From Bispira polyomma (taxonomy: Eukaryota), in NCBI GenBank assembly GCA_965649765.1, contig OZ287751.1:62310001-62374000 (forward strand): a DNA stretch of 64,000 nt, given 5' to 3'. Positions 52,300 to 64,000 of the stretch are shown here, piece by piece; within the stretch, counting starts at the first letter, position 1; each line of letters starts with the position of its first letter. Below the pieces are notes generated by a model that was not told the origin of the DNA, ran no database searches, and saw nothing but the letters and a program-made list of their open reading frames with translations. The position numbers and the translations under genes were made by a program.

Positions 52300-53400
52300 A
52301 GTAGGCATTCAGTTTAAATATGCAACGAAGAACCTCATTCCAGCCCCTACAAAAATAAAAAATAATAAGACATGAGGTATTGATGGTATCCTTGCTGAAT
52401 TTGTAAAAGCATTCTTGCAAGAAATATATGCCTACAGTTTTGAAAAAGGTAAACTAGGCAACGCTTGATGCTTTACTTACTTAAGAGTTATAAACCATGA
52501 AATGTTTTGACGAACTAGAGGCCTATTTAGTTGCTAAGTGTCACATATACACTTGTATGATCATGCATTGCAAAAATGCCACAAACAAACTTTAATACCA
52601 TCTTATGACACAATCAAACAGGTTTTTGTCCAGGACAGATTTATCGGCGAAGACACAAGGTTAGTCTATGAAGGTACATATTATTGTGAAGTAGAGAACA
52701 AGGATGGGTTGTTGTTTATAGACTTTGAAAAGTTATTTGATTCTAGAACTTCTTAAACAAATCTATGCTTAATTAACTTTTCATAAAGTAGATCAATCTA
52801 TTTAGTAAAAGTATAACCATCTGTGTTCTATAGTTGGGATTTTGTTTCAAATTTAACAAGGTTGCCATCAGGGACATTCGATATCTTCTTGTACAATACT
52901 CACATGGTACATGAAAGGAATATTTATTGAAAGGTAGTTGAGGTAATTTAGAAAGAGAAACCTGGACTATTTCATAAAATTATTGAAAATAACCTGGTTT
53001 AAACAGTTTATTTTTGATTGTGAAGGAACTTGGGCTCTTCTGTTTTAAAGAACTATTGCCAAAGTTTCACAAATATGTCAAATGGGTTTTCAGTGGCTTC
53101 AGAAACTTATTATCACCACCAAAATCCTTTGTGGAAATCTGTTTTCCAAGCTTATACCGCTGTAGTTTATTCATTAAAGCCTGAAACTTTTGATGAGGTT
53201 TAAACTGGTCCTCTGTTGCACAATAATAACATATTAATGATATCATTTTCTATACACAATTGGTTTTCTGAACATATTTTTATATTGGAGGTATCATTGA
53301 TCTCAATACAATGATAAAAGTAACATCTTGTCTATGACTTTAAAAAGTATATCAATTAAATGAATCTAGATGAGAGGTTTGACAGATATTTTACTTATAA
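52300..53400 (+). mobile_element. Highly decayed L1/Tx1-like RT fragment
   Basis: GIDGILAEF, FVQDRFIGEDTRLVYE, LLFIDFEKLFDS, GCHQG. Confidence 0.7.
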
Positions 53401-55424
53401 TCTGTTTTCAAAAACAGAAAAAAACTATCAGGACACATATAAAATCAAGGAACAAAATGGTCAGTTATGAAAAATAGAATACAGACTTAAAGGTAACTGT
53501 TGGAATAAGGTAAACTCTGTCGAAATGACTACTTATCTGGTTCTGATTTGACAGGTGTATATGAAGCAGTGTCTAAGGATTAATAATGCCCAGCCCCTTA
53601 CCAATCTGTGAGGCCAGAAAAAACATGAGTTGGATATTACTTAATATTATTGTTTTAGGTATTTTTATTGGAAATAATAACACTGAACTAGTGAGCTAAC
53701 TGATTTCTTCAACAATTATACAAAAATACCGGAAACTTTTGTGCCAGTAATTGTATGACAGGTACGTGTCATAAAATTTGATTTAGGCTATTGGCAGATC
53801 TGGGTTTATATGATGTGTTTTATTATTTGGAGTTTTCCTATATAGAAACTACTTTATAAATTTCAACATAAACATACAACTGTACAACCAAAATCTTTGT
53901 ACATGTGTTATCAATCTTTAAATGTTCAGTATTTATCATTGACAATTTTATCACATATTGTAAGTATAAGGTGAAAAGCAAAATTTGCTAGCTCTTCAGA
54001 AAGTAAGTACACATAGTTGCTTTGCATGAATGAAATCTCAGTGTACTGTAAAACTAAAATAAAATTAAATTGTATGTTGTTGAAACTAAATCAATATCAT
54101 GCATATTAATTAATTTAGCTATGATCCTGTCTGATGTGACAAACAGTATAAAAGTGAGAAATGTAAAAATACCTTTCGAAATTAAGTTGCATAGTTTAAA
54201 ATATTAGGTGTTGTTACTGTTGTTACAATTTTGTAACCTCCATGTGTGTCGGTTTTTAAGTCATTTTCTTTGTTCTTCAGTACATGTGCTTTCATTTTTA
54301 CAGTATATGTTTAAAGTATATCTAACTATATAAAACTTTCAATATAGAATATCAAACGCTCTTTTTTGTGTTAACTATAAGTTAATCAACAGGACACAAA
54401 CAGCAGTGAGAGAGCGAGAGAGAAATAGATTTGCCTCACAAGCCTCATATTCCTTAAATGGCCACCACCCGCTCATGCAAGTCAAAAAATGATGCTCGTG
54501 CATTCATGGCAGTTAGCCGGTGACATAGAGATCCCACAAAGTAACCAGGGAACTCTCCGATAATATTTCTAAACTGTCCAGTATCATAGCCTTTCCAAAG
54601 TCACAACACAAAGGTGGATATATTATTAGTCAGATATAAGTTTAAAATGCATTATTATTACAGCCAATAAGTATGATAAAACTCTACTAAAACACATAAA
54701 AATGTACACAAGAAGGTCACAAAACTTAAAATTGGGCTTTTTCTGTGCTTTAGAAATACTAAATATATTCTGATATGTGCTTAACATGCTGACATGTGAC
54801 TTTTGTTTAACTTGGATTAAATTAAAGGAAACTTTAGATCATTAAAAAGTACAAACTCATCTTCCAGTGTTATTTCTTGCTATAATTTATGATTTAATAT
54901 ACTGAATGCTAGTTTTCTTTGTTAAATTGATCAGAAATTACCTTAAAAAAGCAATCTTTTACATTACCAGTCCTTCACCCCTGCAATAACAATGCAATAC
55001 ACTTTTTAACTCTCGTGAAATCTCAGAGGGATCCTTAAATGTCTCTCTCATTTATAGTGAACATATGGTGTTTGACAAATTTTCCCATGGCTGTAGCCCA
55101 CTTTCATACCTCCACCGATTGGTAAACAAAAAAGTTCTATATGGCTGAAAACTGGCGAAACCAATATCTCGCATGCAAATTAAACACTTAATATTCAATA
55201 CATTGATAATGGTTTCTTCATCTAGCGAATTCTTAGTCAGTGTTTTGACTTGGATAAAAAAGGAATTGGTTTTGTTGTATTTTTATTCCCCAGCAAATGA
55301 ATGAAAGACCATTGAAAGTTACTGTTCAGTTTAATTATGATCCATAAATGCATTAATTAGTCATTCAGGGACAATTCAAAGCATATAAAATCAGGAAAGA
55401 TTAAAATACCAAGTCTAGACCAGA

Positions 55425-56545
55425 CCTGTTGCTGAAATTGTCTACAAGTATAAGCTCAAATATCATTGTTATGCTGATGATACACAGGTATACATGACCA
55501 TAAAACCAGGCGATGACTGGAGTAATGTTGCATCAAAAATGGAAGCATGTGTTATGGATATAAGTTCATGGATGTATGGAAACATGCTGAAACTAAATCA
55601 AGATAAAACCGAAGTGATAGTGTTTGATCTCAAGCATCAAATCAAGAAAAATCCTGATCGGTACCTTGATTTAAGATCAAGCAGGAAATACAGGTTGCTA
55701 CATCAGTGAATAACCTTGGGAGTATTTTTTGACCGGGGCCTAACAATGGGAAAACAGGAGAATGACATACCAAAGTCATGTTACTACCAGATTCGAAATA
55801 TAGGCCAAATCCGGAAATATATTACAGAAGATGCCTATAAAACACTGGTGCAAGCATTGGTGATGTCTCGTCTAGATTATGGGAATGCATTAATCCATAG
55901 TATTCCCAAGTTACTCACCAGACGTCTTCAACTAATACAGAATTGTGCTGTTTGCCTTGTAACACATACACATAAAAGGGATCACATCACACCAGTTCTC
56001 TACAACTTACATTGGCTTCCAGTATAATACAGGCCACGGTACAAGATCTTACTCCACACATATAAGGCACTAAAAGGACTGGCTCCTGCATACCTTAGTG
56101 ATCTTGTGCAAAGATATCAACCATCACGATCCCTACGATCCCAAACAAAAAATCTGCTGGTCGTACCAAAAACACACACTGCAACCTATCGCAACAAATC
56201 TGCAGCTGCATTATGGAATGATTTGCCAGAAAATGTCAAACATGCTAAGACCGTAGGGTCCTTCAAGTCTCAACTTAAAACACAACTTTTCAAAACAGCT
56301 TATGAAATATATTGAAATGTCAAAATAATTTTGGAAAAACAAATTTTAGCTTTTTTCTTGGTGAAACCCCTATCTGTAAGCAGGGTCGTTAAATTTTAAT
56401 TAAGTATTGTTTTATCAAACATTATATATTTTTATTGGACTGTAGAATATAATTATTTTTACTCAACGTTATAGTGTAAAACGCTTTAGAGCATTTCTAT
56501 GAATGGATAGGGCACTAAATAAATCTGGTATAATATTATTATAGA
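55425..56545 (+). mobile_element. L2-like LINE, 5'-truncated (RT C-terminus to 3' tail)
   Basis: YADDTQVY, WMYGNMLKLNQDKTE, LVMSRLDYGNA, HITPVLYNLHWLPV, FKSQLKTQLF; tail tattattat. Confidence 0.92.
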
Positions 56546-57985
56546 TCAGACTGCACAATCATAACTTACTTTTACCTATAGTGTTATACAAATGAGAAAA
56601 TACATTTCTTCTGTATTAATAGTTTTGCGCTTTTAAAGGTATTAAATGTACAAATTATGTAAATGTGTTTCAATATTCACCAGAAAAAAAATAATAAATG
56701 CATATCCGATTTAAAATATTTGCAAGTATAAGTGACATTATTACAATGCAATTTATAATACAGGACATGTACTTATTGTTGCTCTTTTGGTTATATGTGT
56801 AGGGACCTGAAATATGTATTATTTGAATGTCTCTGCCTATTCTTTGTACGAGGTTAGTAATTAGACAAAAGACGCTGAAATTACTTTAGCATACCAGTGT
56901 TCAACACTAGCAGTGGACTCAACTAGAGAAAGTGAAATTGGCACCAGACAGAACATCAAGATTCCATACTCTATCACTCGGAGGACTGCAATGAAATAAG
57001 CATATTAACAGAGAAGTACTTAAAACAATTTACTTATCTGCATGCCTGGATTTTGGTTTGGCATCTGCTGAGAAGCTAGAAAATGCAAGCTATTGTAGAT
57101 AGCTAGAAATATATGTGTTATCTGGATTAAAGTGATTTTTTTCTCTGTTTCTAAGGGGCTGTGATAATAATAATGTCATATTAAGTAAGACAGAGTAGGA
57201 CCAATCAGAGACGTATGGTGAACATCAGATTCTTTTAGCATCTTAGGATCCGATAGGATGTTTAAAATCTGTTTAATAATTATAGGGGAATTTATTTATA
57301 TAATGAACCACAGATGCCAAACCAGGTTGACAATCAGTTCAGTAAACTGGACATTGTTGTTAGTATCAGTATTAAAGGCTGCTAACTAGTCAAGCAGCCA
57401 AAGAGCTGTTGGAATACATTTTGTATGAATATCACTCATGAAAAGGCTGTTTTTGTAGAGTGATACTTTTCTGTAGTCATTCTGGTACATTTTCATTCCA
57501 TTAATGTTCAGTTTTAACAGTTTGGAGAACATAACTGTGTAATTATTTCTCATTATAGTAATCACCAGGATAGTAATGAACCCATTAATATAATTAATAT
57601 AAAGATGATTTATCCAACCAGAATACTTTGTTTGTACTGATGAAACTTCGGGTATTTACTGGCTAAAGAGTAAAATTAGACACAATTATGATTTATTTGC
57701 AATTTGTATTTTCTTTATTTCTATATTTCTCAATTTCAATATTTCAAATAATTTTAATACCTTTATCATTTATTATCCATGTCAAACATATTTATAAGAT
57801 ACTACAATATATGTGCTAATAATATGACAAAGTGACATTAAGAAAAACAATCACATACTCCCTATAAATACGTGCATTATTGGAAATACTAGTTTTTAGC
57901 ATTTCATGAGTACAAACCTACAAGAGGGAGGTGTTTAATTCATTTATATTTCATCTTTACTGAAGTTCAAGCTGACAAAATGTTT

Positions 57986-58214
57986 GGGACCTCATTATTG
58001 TAGTGGTAACACACTCGCCTCCCACCTCTGTTATTATGCCTTCAAGGCTTGACCCTGGCATGTGTGGGAAAATGAGCAGTAACCTTGCTGAATGCAGCTG
58101 GTTTGCAGAGCAGAAATATTTCACCAACAACCCTATTCTTATTACCTCCTCCAGTGATGTTCCCATTGTGATATGCTGCAAATATGTTGAAATCAACATT
58201 AAAAACCAAACTAA
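57986..58214 (+). mobile_element. Older tRNA-derived SINE related to family A
   Basis: tgtagtggtaacacactcgcctcccacctctg head, atgtgtgggaaa core, gttgaaatcaacattaaaaaccaaac tail. Confidence 0.6.
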
Positions 58215-58290
58215 CGTAATGTATGTTATGTATAGCACCTAAAATATTGCCATATCTCATATCTACATCTTCAAAAATGTACTTGAACTT

Positions 58291-58485
58291 GGTGGCCTTG
58301 TGGTTAGAAGTGTCTGCTTTACTATTATTAGCCTCTCACCTCTGAGGACAATGTGATTGAATCCCATTGCTTCCTCAGGAACTTGTTGTTGGTTGGCTGG
58401 TTCCAGTTCAAATAGTATTGGTCTACTACACTAATACATATGGCAATCACAATATCACAAATGATGTTGAAGGTTACTTAATACA
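58291..58485 (+). mobile_element. Older tRNA-derived SINE remnant
   Basis: ggtggccttgtggttag A box, cctctcacctctg, gattgaatccc B-box-like. Confidence 0.55.
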
Positions 58486-58752
58486 CGAATGTTCCCATAT
58501 ATAACTATCTTATCAGACAGTTGGTCCTGTGATCAGATATCCCACCCCAACTCTTGGTAACACCATAATGATGAGTAGGGACAAACTACCCTGACTACTG
58601 ATAATGACCAATTTGATAAATATAAAGTCCATAATTATTGGTTTATTGATTTGGGTGTTGAAATGTACAATATGCCTAGCAATAATAAGACGTGTTGAAA
58701 ATCAACAAAACAATAAAAACATTTAGGCCTTTTGGTTTATATATTAACAAAG

Positions 58753-58880
58753 GTAAGTGTCTTTTTGGGGTTGCTAAATTGTTCAAATATAAATGTCAAA
58801 AAGCTACAAGTACTTCAGTTCCAATGCATGTCTAATTTACTTTTTAATTCCATGCTTTTAGTTTTGATTTTTTTTTACAG
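58753..58880 (+). other. Candidate 128-nt 5' UTR intron of ABHD6-like copy 2
   Basis: Consensus donor AAG|gtaagt and strong acceptor ttttttttacag| 14 nt before the ATG. Confidence 0.6.
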
Positions 58881-58894
58881 AAATTTGCGTCACC

Positions 58895-58995
58895 ATGATG
58901 ATAATATACACATTTGGTATGTTGGCAACAGCGGGAATTGCAGGAGCTTACATCTGGAAGAGAAGAGCTGGACTCCTGGTAAAAACTGCGATAAG
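58895..58995 (+). CDS. ABHD6: ABHD6-like copy 2 first coding exon (N-terminal signal-anchor)
   Basis: caccATG context; MMIIYTFGMLATAGIAGAYIWKRRAGLLVKTAI+ag|gtgatg, a hydrophobic helix followed by KRR; phase 2; absent from the ORF track. Confidence 0.78.
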
Positions 58996-60065
58996 GTGAT
59001 GTTGTTTATCATGAAACTGGAGAGAGGACATTTTCAATAAGATAAAAATGACATAAGGACACTCAACAGAGTACACAAAGGTGCCACAGTGGCTAAAAGG
59101 AGAAAAATATTTTGAATCCATTCTTCTGCCGAGATCCAGACAACTGAACTGGTTTGAAATTTGGTGGAGGGACCCGAGCAGAATCAAATAAATTTAGGAG
59201 TAGATCTGGGATAGATCTAGGACATTTTGTAGTTTTTATTTACTGTGGGGCCTTGGAGGAGTTTGGCGATCTCCTGAGTGTCCTTCTAGTTTAAATATTT
59301 AATTTTGCAGGGCTAACATATACTCAGTGTTTAATACTGGAGGATTTAAAAATAATAATATAGGTGGCTGACATCATATCTGGAAGTAACATGTGTTGTC
59401 GACTGTGCAACGAGGTCCCTCTTTTTCATAAATGTGCCTACATTTGTGATATTTATTAATTTAAGCTTCAATAAGTTACAAATTTGCTCATCCAAGTTTT
59501 GTTAAGAAAATGCAAGCAAAACTGGAGTCACAAGCTGACTACCTAACAACACTTCTACAATTTAATGTCCAAAATCTTTTCTGCTGTTGAGCATAGCCTG
59601 TACTTTCAGTTGCCACTTTCAATTGGTATCTGGAATCATATTGTTAACATCCATTAGAAGTAAAGTGGTAAAATACAAAAATTCCAATCAAGTTGATTCG
59701 TTCAGCCAGTTGTCAGCTTGATTGTAAAGGTTTGGGAGTTTAAACTTGAATAAGGAGATTATTGCTAGAACAGAAGTGGCATTACTGTGAATGGTATTGT
59801 ACGGTTTACGACAACAGCAAGCTGTAACGGTACAACTGTTTGGATTTATAAGTAAACTTAGCTTTAGAAGGGTTGATTGCTATGAGGAAAGGTATTCCTA
59901 TATAGAAACCCGCTGTAAAACTTGTTGTAGTGTTCCAAGGTAAAATATGTTTAATTTAGAACGTTCAAATGTACATCAATATCAAAGTCCAAGAACCCAA
60001 ACCATAAATGTTGTTGATATTAATAAACAATATTGATACTATAATTTTGCCTATATGTACACTAG

Positions 60066-60204
60066 TGAGCTGCGTATAAAAGAAGTACAGGTAGGATCGT
60101 ACCAGATCATGTATGCTGAGTGCGGTCTTCCTGGTGACAAGTCCTCTCTTCTCTTTGTCCATGGGATTACGACTAGTAAACGTACATGGATGAAAGTGGT
60201 GAAG
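60066..60204 (+). CDS. ABHD6: ABHD6-like copy 2 exon (HG oxyanion motif)
   Basis: ELRIKEVQVGSYQIMYAECGLPGDKSSLLFVHGITTSKRTWMKVVK|gtgagt; 139 nt from acceptor ctag|, same length as in copy 1; alternative ATG at 60055. Confidence 0.85.
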
Positions 60205-61705
60205 GTGAGTACAGTATGTCTGAATAAATATTTTAGTGATACAAATTTACGAAATATGAAAGTAATAATATCAAGTACATTTTACCCAAATTGTATATAT
60301 AAACAATTAAAGTTTTTCATACATCATATGTAACAGTCATAGCTTTGGACAGAGATATATGTTATGACTTACTTGTCATCACTATATTGAGATATTAAAG
60401 ATTTCATGTTCACTGTTAATCTTATTGCATAGTGTATTGTGCAAAGACCATATCAACTCCCTTACCACTAGGCCACGCAAAATCACCAGTAAGATAAGGG
60501 AGAGTGTTAGACACCGCCTCAGATTAGTACTGCAGTGGAGTGTGCTTGAACTTCTTAGGCAATTTTGATATTTAACTGTAAATTTCAAAGTTTGGCAAAT
60601 GACTGACTCAGATTAACCTGATTGTCGGAGAATATGAAAGGAACTATTGAGGGAATGCATTATTGAACAGATAGAACCTTTGACCTGTATACTTTGGAAC
60701 AAAGACGATTTATTAACATTACACTTTTACTAGCACAACTATTTCTTTTCCCGACATAACTCTCACTTTTAATTTATAATCAGGTGTCTGTGGCTCAATA
60801 AAACAATTCTCAAGCAATGTTTCATTAAATTTATAAGCTATACTTATTTTGTTATAATTGATGCATTTTGATATGTTGTCACATTTAAACCATTCAAAAA
60901 TGTCCATTTTTGTTCAATAAATTTTTGCCATACAAAAAAATATACACAAACGAATACAATTGGTACAAGTAAAATATACTTGCTCCCTTTAACATGTTTT
61001 GCCCACTAAAATTTTACTTCACTAATGTGCTTTTGATCCTGTATTCAAAGAGATTAGATTACATTGTCGCTTCTGGTCTAGTGGTGATCGAGTTGATCTG
61101 AGGCTGTCCAGTTTGACTCATGTGAGAGTTGATCAGGTGATCAGATAAAAAAACAAAAATAATATTAAGGATCACAATATATGTTAATATTCAGACAGTT
61201 AGACAGAATGGGTTGTTCTTGATAAAAAAAGTTGATTACAACTTGAATATGGAGAAAAAATTACAGATTAGAGAGCATATTTACAAATATTTCTATAATA
61301 CAAATGTTATAAGTTTCTTGTTCTAAGCCAATCCACAAGAGTATTTTCAGCAACTCAAATTGGTTAAGACAAAATTTAAAAAAAAATGTGAATACCAGCT
61401 GTCAGTTACTCCAATATTTAGTTTTAAAGCTGGGTCTTGCGGTTAAACAATCGATTATCAAAGAAATGAAAGACTTGTTTACATGTGTGGGGCTTGCTGC
61501 ATTCACCAACAGAAAGTATTGTAAAATACTCACATATTTCTTTATTTCATTATTTGGTATCAAATTATTCGTCTGACAGTTCTACCTTTTTAGAATAAAT
61601 TCTTTATTTGGTATGTCTCCCACACCCATTTGGCCCTAACCACAAACCGGCAACATTCACAAATGTGTATTGTTATTAATTACAGTTCTACTGTGGGTAT
61701 TTCAG

Positions 61706-61822
61706 AGGTTACCAAGGGACCTACACATTATTATGTTAGATCTGCCAGGCCACGGAGGTAGTAGTACTCCTGGTGATGAAGATGACATCACGCTACCCAA
61801 CATAGCACGTCATTTACGACAG
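61706..61822 (+). CDS. ABHD6: ABHD6-like copy 2 exon (DLPGHG motif); gene continues beyond the window
   Basis: tttcag|RLPRDLHIIMLDLPGHGGSSTPGDEDDITLPNIARHLRQ|gtaggt; 6 nt differences from copy 1 in 117 nt. Confidence 0.92.
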
Positions 61823-62029
61823 GTAGGTGGTATATATTTATATATTTTATTTATTATGGTGACAAGTGTTTTGGTTGACATTCATACATATAGATATATT
61901 TTTGTTAACACCCACCCTACTGGTGCATGTAATAGACAACAAACATGTATTTTACTAAGTTACAAATACAAATTAATTTACACTTTATTTAAAACAAGAC
62001 TAACACACAAATATGTCTGAATACATATG

Positions 62030-64000
62030 TGACCTTAAAAAAGAGGAGTAATGAATAGGATGAAAATTTTCCAATACTGTCTAAATTCTGGAATTCTGAG
62101 TTTATATTATAAATTGTTTTGTATAATGATTGCCTAGGTTCTGGGGAGAGGTAAAATAAATGTGTAATTCATCCTCTATTTCATTCAGCTCACATATTTT
62201 ACATTTTCTATCTTCTTTTTTAATATTACAGTATCTACCTATTTTAATGTTAATTGGCAGAATACTAAGTCTAACCTGCACTATAGAAGATCTTAAATTG
62301 ATACTTATATTATCAGTAATATATTTCTCCACTCCATAGTTGTGCTTAAATTTACTATTAAAGTTCAATTTAGGCTTTTTTACCAAATTTCTTTGCCAGA
62401 TATTTTCATTATTTGTGATTAAAGACTTTTTTACATCCCCCAACTCACATATTTTTATTGTCTTAAAGTTGGTTGTGATGCCGCAATACATCATCACACT
62501 TTGGACATAAGTACCCCAATTATTTATTTTTTTCTTGTATTTTGATAAAAAAAATCTTATTGGTAAACCTATTCTCAATCAATCTATTCCATAATCTAAT
62601 CATTTGAATTTGTCATCTATCAATACTATTAAGGCAGCCCATGTCACCATTTATTTTTGAATCTGTAGAATATTTGTGAATTCCCATGGAATATCGAATT
62701 GCCCTATTTTGTACAGTATCAAATTTTGGAAAATTGTTAAACCCCCAAATCCCGACACCATAGTCGGATACAGGGACCACATATTTGTGAAACAAGTTTA
62801 AATATGTTGCATATCACATGTTTTTAGACCCTTGAATTTAGCAATAAGTTTACCTAAAGTCATTTTGTTCATCTATCAGCAGATTGTTACAGTCCAAGTA
62901 TTTTGAGATTTTTTGATTCAATGCACATGCACATATTTAACGAACATAGCTTAATAAGCTAATGCTTCTATAGTTCAAGGGAACTCTTAGGTCATTTTCC
63001 ATTAATTAAGGTATATGTTTTATTAGTGATTTAAACCATGTTTAGGGTATTACATTGAGGTTGAAACATGTTTGAAATAGCTTTGTCAAGGTTTCAACAA
63101 CTAAGTTATATTTTCAAACCAAGTATTATTATCATTCCACATGCCTTATTATTTTGGTATTCATTACCACTTTCTTAATTTCATTAAAATAAAACTTTCT
63201 GTTCATTACATCATATTCATTGCTTTCAGGCAAACCATCATACAATGATAGAGTTTCTTGTACTTCATTAGTTAATGATGATACCTAATTTTAAAGTAAC
63301 TTTTTCTACTTTTCAAGTGCATCTTCTATATTACAATTAATGGTACTGTTTTCATATATTTAATAGGAATATTTTGTTTTGGTCGGACCTAGCTTTTTTA
63401 AGTATTGCCAAAACGTATTGGGGTTCTTTGTACATATATCATCCACATCTAACCGTAACTCTTTATTGTAAGACTATTAAGCTTTTCGATATTCCTGATT
63501 AATTTTATGCCATACATTGATGTATTCTTGTTTAAACACCCTTTTAAGTTGTCAGTGTTTACACCTAGTTACCATTTTTTTCGTTTTCTTTTAGCTTTTT
63601 CTAAAGTTCACTTAACTTTGAATTCCAAAATGTTTTGTTTTTTTACTTTATGTATTTTGTTTAGTTTATAAGACACATAAATAAACTTAAGATTACTATT
63701 AATTTCTTTGTCAATTATGTCACATAGTCTATCATAGAATTTGGTGACATTTTTGACAAGCACATGTGTTTTCTAGCTGTTCTATTATGTTAAAGAGTGC
63801 AGGTTTTGCACTCTCTCATTGCATGAAACTAGCTGGTTTATAAATACACCTTTTCTTTGATGTACAGTTCTTACTTTGATACCATTCACTACCTAGTTTC
63901 AGCTAAAGTACACACAAACCATAATTTCAGTACTTAACAATGCATGATCAAAAAGCCTTACATTTTTCTTTTAATAAATACTGCAGGTTATACTTGTCAA
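62030..64000 (-). mobile_element. Decayed non-LTR retrotransposon orthologous to 3600-8420
   Basis: RLSILPINIKIGRY...RKCKICELNEIEDELH, DYGVGIWG, VQNRAIRY; same intron position as in copy 1. Confidence 0.85.

Noticed and set aside
57195-57220. CCAAT box as promoter of copy 2
   Set aside because: Single short motif 1.5 kb upstream with no supporting evidence
58732-59040. Plus-strand 102-aa ORF
   Set aside because: Different frame from the anchor exon and spans intron sequence; no recognisable domain
59311-59362. Possible extra exon after ttttgcag
   Set aside because: No resemblance to ABHD6 and no phase-compatible donor
58996-60056. U12-type intron explaining the AT in place of AG
   Set aside because: Donor is gtgatg, not RTATCCTT, and no TCCTTAAC branch site is visible

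Overview
AT-rich eukaryotic (animal, probably a marine invertebrate such as a mollusc; inferred from repeat content only) genomic DNA, mostly decayed transposons. Host gene content is a tandem pair of ABHD6-like alpha/beta-hydrolase (monoacylglycerol lipase) genes on the + strand. Copy 1 could be rebuilt by hand from seven phase-compatible GT-AG exons (1491-42718) with an intact Ser-Asp-His triad and a C-terminal -SQL. Copy 2 shows a membrane-anchor exon and two more coding exons (58895-61822) and runs off the window. Introns and the intergenic space hold three decayed tyrosine-recombinase (DIRS/Ngaro-type) retrotransposons, several L1/Tx1-like, L2-like and CR1-like LINE remnants, five copies of one tRNA-derived SINE, a DNA-transposase-like remnant and many local tandem duplications. 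Main leads: (1) all three DIRS-type elements show a phase-1 splice acceptor just after the RT/RNaseH stop and a phase-1 donor at the same gag position, suggesting a spliced Gag-recombinase fusion; (2) both ABHD6-like copies have ATG where a splice acceptor is expected, which together with a PTS1-like tail suggests a soluble or peroxisomal isoform; (3) the paralogs diverge sharply at the oxyanion-hole loop. All alignments and translations were done by eye, and transposon boundaries are approximate.
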